A model generated the notes under the pieces. The model saw only the letters and a list, made by a program, of their open reading frames with translations, was not told the DNA's origin and did no database searches. A stretch of DNA of 21,748 bases from assembly GCA_036679605.1 (NCBI GenBank), contig JAZDCZ010000059.1, positions 1 through 21,748 on the forward strand, given 5' to 3'. Each line of letters starts with the position of its first letter. Position 1 is the first letter of the stretch. This document shows positions 17,128 through 21,748 of this stretch, in pieces. A program made the position numbers and the translations under genes. The stretch comes from Gemmatimonadota bacterium (GTDB lineage Bacteria; Gemmatimonadota; Gemmatimonadetes; Gemmatimonadales; GWC2-71-9).

Positions 17128-17208
17128 CTAGCCCGGATGGTTCATGAACGCGGTCGAAATAACGACCTGGGACGATTTCACCTCAAGTTCATGAATCGTT
17201 CGGACTAG
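17128..17208. mobile_element. 81-bp miniature inverted-repeat element (MITE or collapsed IS) bounded by CTAG
   Basis: CTAGCCCGGATGGTTCATGAAC (17128-17149) versus the reverse complement of GTTCATGAATCGTTCGGACTAG (17187-17208): 18 of 22 match. Internal GGTCG-AAATAA-CGACC hairpin. Confidence 0.65.
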
Positions 17209-17307
17209 GGAAAGTTAGCAATGGTGGGCAAATGAAGGTACGGGTCAAGTCGTCCTTGTGGAGTGGTCCACGACCGGTCCGGCTCTACCCAGACGGGGAG
17301 CAGGTTT

Positions 17308-17478
17308 ATGAGTGCCGTTTCGATGCCGCTGTACCCGGGCGTCACGCTGATGGACTTCGCTGGCGCAACTCAGATCGCGACTGACGCGGCAATGTCGCCG
17401 CCACACCTGGTCCAACAGCTCAGCGGCGGGCCATTTGTAGAGAACATGTGCGGTGCAGTACGTTGCCTGCTGCAATGA
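17308..17478 (+). pseudogene. DJ-1/PfpI-family gene collapsed to 56 aa by an in-frame internal deletion
   Basis: GGGGAG RBS. MSAVSMPLYPGVTLMDFAGATQI is the DJ-1/PfpI (isocyanide hydratase-like) N-terminal motif and is followed directly by a C-terminal-like tail; the core with the nucleophile Cys is missing. The stop overlaps the next ATG. Confidence 0.65.
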
Positions 17479-18020
17479 GCTGTCCGACATCGCGAGAGAT
17501 CTCATGGGCGGTGATCCTCGTGATCTCGATGGCCGGTCAAGGCGTCCTGGTTGGATGGTCGCCGCTCATGGTGGCTGCGGCGATCGTGGTGCCTGCGGCC
17601 TACTTGTTCATTCCTTTCGATGCGGTGCGCATGACCGCCGTTTCTCTCGGTTTGGGCGGGGCCGGTATGTCGGCGGGCGGCGTTTTCGATCAATGGCTGG
17701 ACTCGGGCACCGCTGCCGTGTGCCATTGTGAAGCCGGGCACGCCCTGGTGTCGTCGTCGACCGGTTTGATGATGCTTGCCTGCGGGCTTGGATGTTGGTA
17801 TGCGTGTCCGGGCTGTACCCGAGTACCCGGAGCCGAACGTCGGCTGCGGGCTGGGGTCGTTCACGGAATGATGTTGGCCGGGATGTACGCGGTTCTCCTG
17901 TTGCCCGGTATCGATACCGGGCTCGGCATTCATAATGGCATGGTCGTGGGGATGGGCGCAGGCACGCTGATGGGGTGTTCAATTTTCAGCTGCGGTCGGT
18001 TGTTGTGGGCGAATGGATAG
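17475..18020 (+). CDS. Cys/His/Met-rich integral membrane protein of unknown function
   Basis: ATGA coupling; 5-6 hydrophobic Gly-rich segments; CHCEAGH, MMLACGLGCWYACPGC, HGMMLAGM, HNGMVVGM. Confidence 0.7.
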   Translation: MSCPTSREISWAVILVISMAGQGVLVGWSPLMVAAAIVVPAAYLFIPFDAVRMTAVSLGLGGAGMSAGGVFDQWLDSGTAAVCHCEAGHALVSSSTGLMMLACGLGCWYACPGCTRVPGAERRLRAGVVHGMMLAGMYAVLLLPGIDTGLGIHNGMVVGMGAGTLMGCSIFSCGRLLWANG

Positions 18021-18074
18021 GACATCTGATTCCGCGGGCATGTCCCACGACGGTCAAGGTTCGGAGGATCAACC

Positions 18075-20348
18075 ATGCGGAGCGGGTTCAGGGTCTTTGA
18101 TGCTCTCTCGTTCGGTCTCGCGTCCTTTTTTCTCGTTTCTTCGGTTTCTTCTTCGCGTCTTCTTTGTGAAGAACCGCTCCTACCCTTCTCCGTTCGGAGT
18201 AAGTTCGAGCGTTTTGCGAAAGAGCTTGCGCGCCATGGTCGCGAGTCGGACCTGTTCGAGATGCTGACCCGCCTCGAGGAAGTCGGTCACCCCCCGCGTT
18301 CCCTCGACAACCTTCGCAAAGCCTGCGCAAAGGAGGCCAAAAAAGCGGCTCGTAGGCCTTCGAATCGGCCGTTCTCAACAAAGCAGCTGACCAAGGGGAT
18401 CGAAGAGGTCTCAAAGCTCCTCGGGCCTCTCGAAGGGTCCCGACGGACCGAACTCGCCCAATGGGTGCTCCGGCTCGATTCTTCCCAGGAGCAAGCCCGC
18501 CGGGCCTTGGGGCACGTCGAGTTCGACGGCGACTGGGTGACCCCTGAGGAAGAGAAAATCCTCAGGGGACGGAAGAAGATCCAGGCGACTCTGCTCGCCG
18601 CGCGGCGACTCGAAGTCAATCTCGAGGTCGACCGCTCCTTTCTCCCTTGGCTGAAAAAGGTCGGATGGAGGACTCCCCTTGTCGTTCGGGGGCACGGCCT
18701 CACCCTTCACTTTGGGATTGGAGAGAGCCGAGCTCGCCGCATCGCTACCGAGATACTGAGAGCCGTCGCCTTCTCCCAGGCTCTCCGCGGTGGGAAGCTC
18801 GAGATTCCCGAGAAGGTCACCCCCACCCCTTTCGAAGTCGTGGTGGCTCTGAGTAAGAGAGACTATCTCGATCTCATCGACGTTGTTCGGGGTCTCAACC
18901 AAATCGATGCTGACAGAGTCGAATACGTTCGGAATGTCGTGGGCGCTTTCAGAATGAAGAACGGGATTCGGATCAACCACAAGGTTTCGGAGGCGGTTCT
19001 CTGTGCGAGCATCCTCAACCGGCTCCATCGCCACGGGGAGCTTCGGGGTTACGAGCACCGGGTTCAACCTTGTTTGGGCGGGCCTCATTTGAATTGGGTC
19101 TCCCTGGCCTACTTCGGCTCTCGGGTTCCAGGCATCAGATGGAGGGAAACCGTGGAAGTCGAAGTCGACCCGGGGGCGGAAAAGTACGGGGGTCAGCTCA
19201 GCGCGGAAGAGATCGAAAAGGAAGAGATGATCTACCTCTCCCATGCGGGAATGCAAGGGGCGCGAAGCTGGATGACTTACTTGGTTGGGCGCCGGGAGGA
19301 TCCGGGCTGGGTTCGATCGATGGTGTCGCAACTGAAGGACCTCAGCGGGGAAGATTTTCTCAAGAGCACCATGATTGTAGAATACCTGCAAGAGCGCGGG
19401 GACTTTGCCCGAATCCTTGAGGCGACGACGCTACGCGATGACGACGAGAATCCGCAGAAACGGCTAGAGGAGGGACTGGAAACCGAGCTCGAGGAGTTTG
19501 AAGAGGAATGGCGCAATTGGTTGATGCCAAAGTCACTCGCACTTCTGCAGAGATTGGTCGGAAGGAAGTCCGGTTCTGAAACTGAAGCCGAGGAGATGCT
19601 CGACCATCTGAATCGGATCCGAAAGGCGGGATGGAGTGAGGACTTTGGCGATTGTTTTCCTGTCAAGCGAGACGCGGGACTTTCGCGAGGAGCTCTACTT
19701 CATGCCCGCTACCTCACCCTTCATCCCGGCCAAGCCGAAAAGTGGCCCGACGCTCATGAAGAGTGGGCGGATCAGGAAGGCTTCACCGCAGAGGGAAGCT
19801 GGGCCGGTTTGCATTCGGTCATCGTTCCGGGGGTCAGAGCCGCAACTGAGGCCATCGACGAATGGATGTCCACCTTTTATCATCGGTTGCCTCTTCTCGA
19901 GCCGGGCCTCGTTCGGGTGGGGTGGGGGCTCTACAAAGGAACTGCGGTCCTCGATTCCAGTTCCATGGTCGTTGAGGGGTTGGGGAAGGGAAGAGTATTG
20001 TGGCCTTACGACGGGATGGTCGACGTTCCTCTCTCCTTCCGGTCGGAACTCCCGAATCCGGTTCCTGGCGAGGATCAGGGGAGCTGGGGCTATCCCATCA
20101 CCGTCCAGACGTTCGGAACCAATCCGAAACTCGAACTCAAGCTCCACGAGGAGTCCGAGGAACGTCTACCTCTTGAGTGTTTCTATTCGACACCGGATCG
20201 GCCCACGAACATCACGCTGGTCCCCTCCAACGCTTACTGTCTGATCCCGAAAGAGCGACTGAAACCTCGAACGACATACGTGGTCACGGGGAAGTTCGAC
20301 GAAGGCGAAGCGTTTTCCTGGAGCTTTAGGACCGGCGCTCGGCAGTAG
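18075..20348 (+). CDS. Large secreted CAP (SCP) domain protein
   Basis: GGAGG RBS; signal-like N-terminus; CAP motifs LDHLNRIRK, LSRGALLHARYL, HEE, AIDEWMSTFYHRLPLL...VGWG; C-terminal LIPKERLKPRTTYVV...WSFRTG Ig-like module. Confidence 0.85.
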   Translation: MRSGFRVFDALSFGLASFFLVSSVSSSRLLCEEPLLPFSVRSKFERFAKELARHGRESDLFEMLTRLEEVGHPPRSLDNLRKACAKEAKKAARRPSNRPFSTKQLTKGIEEVSKLLGPLEGSRRTELAQWVLRLDSSQEQARRALGHVEFDGDWVTPEEEKILRGRKKIQATLLAARRLEVNLEVDRSFLPWLKKVGWRTPLVVRGHGLTLHFGIGESRARRIATEILRAVAFSQALRGGKLEIPEKVTPTPFEVVVALSKRDYLDLIDVVRGLNQIDADRVEYVRNVVGAFRMKNGIRINHKVSEAVLCASILNRLHRHGELRGYEHRVQPCLGGPHLNWVSLAYFGSRVPGIRWRETVEVEVDPGAEKYGGQLSAEEIEKEEMIYLSHAGMQGARSWMTYLVGRREDPGWVRSMVSQLKDLSGEDFLKSTMIVEYLQERGDFARILEATTLRDDDENPQKRLEEGLETELEEFEEEWRNWLMPKSLALLQRLVGRKSGSETEAEEMLDHLNRIRKAGWSEDFGDCFPVKRDAGLSRGALLHARYLTLHPGQAEKWPDAHEEWADQEGFTAEGSWAGLHSVIVPGVRAATEAIDEWMSTFYHRLPLLEPGLVRVGWGLYKGTAVLDSSSMVVEGLGKGRVLWPYDGMVDVPLSFRSELPNPVPGEDQGSWGYPITVQTFGTNPKLELKLHEESEERLPLECFYSTPDRPTNITLVPSNAYCLIPKERLKPRTTYVVTGKFDEGEAFSWSFRTGARQ

Positions 20349-20379
20349 AGGGCAGGGTCTTGGAACAGGGCTTTGCCCT
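20349..20379 (+). terminator. Hairpin between CAP gene and ECF sigma gene
   Basis: AGGGCAGGGTCT...GGGCTTTGCCCT stem with G-U pairs immediately after the TAG; no U-tract. Confidence 0.35.
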
Positions 20380-20397
20380 GATTCAGCAAGAGACAAC

Positions 20398-21039
20398 ATG
20401 AGCTGGAACACTACACAGCCATCGCTGCTAAGACGCGTACGCGACAGCGCCGATCACGAGTCTTGGCGGCAATTCGAAACACAATATGGCAGCCTCATTG
20501 TGCGGTATTGCCGATCACGCGGCGTTCAACTCGCTGACGCAGAGGACATTCGCCAGATTGTCATGATCGGTCTGTCCTCGGCCCTGCGGTCATTCCATTA
20601 TGATCCGGAGAAAGGCCGGTTCCGCACGTACCTGGGCCGGGCCGTCCGAAATGCGATATCGCTCACAAGAAAATGTCCCTACGGCGAGCATCTCTCACTA
20701 TCTGAGATAGGAGCCAATTTGCTCGATGGTCTACAGTCGCAGTCCAACTGCGACTCCGACAAAGTTTGGGATCAGATATGGCGAGAGCACCATTTGCGTA
20801 TTGCGTTTCGTACGCTGAAGTCGTCGCATGGCAAACGGGTCATCCGCGTCTTCGAACGGCTGCTGGACGGAAAACCGATCAATGAAGTCGCCGGCGAGTT
20901 CGGCTTGTCCGTCGAAGCGGTCAAGAAGATCAAGCAGCGCGTGCGAACTAGGCTGACCGAGATCATCGCGAATCAGGTCAGCCAGGAGTCCGACTTTGAC
21001 ACTCAATCGTCGAGACGATTTTCAACAACAGATCGTTAG
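20398..21039 (+). CDS. ECF sigma factor of the kinase-associated type
   Basis: TQPSLLRRVRD...SWRQF..QY, DAEDIRQ, FHYDPEKGRFRTYL, region 4 GKPINEVAGEFGLSVEAVKKIKQRVR; overlaps a Ser/Thr kinase gene. Confidence 0.92.
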   Translation: MSWNTTQPSLLRRVRDSADHESWRQFETQYGSLIVRYCRSRGVQLADAEDIRQIVMIGLSSALRSFHYDPEKGRFRTYLGRAVRNAISLTRKCPYGEHLSLSEIGANLLDGLQSQSNCDSDKVWDQIWREHHLRIAFRTLKSSHGKRVIRVFERLLDGKPINEVAGEFGLSVEAVKKIKQRVRTRLTEIIANQVSQESDFDTQSSRRFSTTDR

Positions 21040-21637
21040 AGAATTCGGTTTTGGTTCGGGAGATGATTCCTGGATCGTCCAACTTCGCAACGCGGTGCAT
21101 AGCCAGGCACTCGGCAACCTGGGCAGATACCGGCTGATCGAAGAAGTTGCTCGTGGTGGGCAGGGCGTCGTGTACCGAGCCATCGATCCGGACACCCACC
21201 GTCAGGTGGCCGTCAAAGTCGTCGCCGCCGGGCGCATGGCATCGGCTTCCAGGCTCTCTCGTGTCGAGCGTGAGCTCGAAGCTATCGCCCAGCTAGACCA
21301 TTCGTCTATCGTTACATTGTACAGTGCGGAGTGGATCGACGGCGTGCCGGCCCTGATCATGAAGTGGGTTGACGGCCTACCCTTCAACGAGTGGGCCAGG
21401 CGGCAGGATGCAGTCACGTTGGATCACGACGGCGGTGACCCGGTCGCTCGGCCTCGCTCCGCAATACAGATCGCCACCACAATGATCAAAATCTGCGAGG
21501 GAATTCAGCAGGCGCATCAACGCGGGGTGATTCATCGAGACTTGAAGCCGTCCAACATACTCGTCGATAGCGACGACAACCCGCAGATACTCGATTTTGG
21601 CCTGGCAAAGTCTTTGCAGGATAGCGGGGCAGCAGAC
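20996..21637 (+). pseudogene. Hanks-type Ser/Thr protein kinase truncated by IS1634 insertion
   Basis: TTG after AGGAG; ARGGQGVVY, VAVK, HRDLKPSNIL, DFGLAK; IS sequence begins at 21638, before the GTxxYMxPE motif and most of the C-lobe. Confidence 0.9.
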
Positions 21638-21748
21638 CCTACTTTCCGCGGGTCCCGATCGCGTTTTCTCCGGGTTTTCGTCCGCTCGTTCATGCCTCGT
21701 AGTGTGCTTTCGACACCTTAAGTAGCCTTAGGACTTCGCACTGGAGTT
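21638..21748 (-). mobile_element. IS1634-family element, right end and last transposase codons (runs off the window)
   Basis: The minus strand encodes LQCEVLRLLKVSKAHYEA* (stop 21692-21690), followed by the same terminus as the 5738 copy. Confidence 0.85.

Noticed and set aside
18411..19391. 326-aa minus-strand ORF
   Set aside because: Antisense shadow of the CAP-domain gene.
5738..21748. Composite transposon bounded by two IS1634 copies
   Set aside because: One copy sits within IS21 debris and the other interrupts a kinase on its inner side, which fits independent insertions; no target duplication identified.
1..21748. CRISPR array, tRNA/rRNA, integron attC array, or retron/DGR components
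   Set aside because: No regularly spaced repeats, recognisable RNA genes, integrase or reverse transcriptase motifs seen by eye; a covariance-model search was not possible.

Overview
Bacterial accessory region; the gene content (ECF sigma plus Ser/Thr kinase pair, membrane-anchored HEAT-like proteins, large CAP-domain protein) suggests Planctomycetota, which is an inference. From left to right: (1) a thioredoxin with an in-frame TGA at the first catalytic Cys and a SECIS-like hairpin behind it, probably a UxxC selenoprotein; (2) an ECF sigma and a zinc-finger anti-sigma with a very large helical extracytoplasmic domain; (3) an atypical sigma-like gene flanked by two paralogous small unknown proteins; (4) nested, multiply deleted IS21 and IS1634 debris; (5) a small secreted Ig-like protein and a HEAT-repeat protein; (6) an NhaC-family transporter with a Cys/Met-metabolism PLP lyase; (7) a sialic acid locus (AGE epimerase, truncated SSS transporter, truncated GntR, GH33 sialidase); (8) a disrupted tyrosinase, an 81-bp miniature inverted-repeat element, a collapsed DJ-1/PfpI gene and a Cys/His/Met-rich membrane protein; (9) a CAP-domain protein; (10) an ECF sigma with a Ser/Thr kinase cut by a second IS1634 copy at the window end. 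At least six clean internal deletions occur across the window. Family assignments come from motif recognition by eye; no database search was run.
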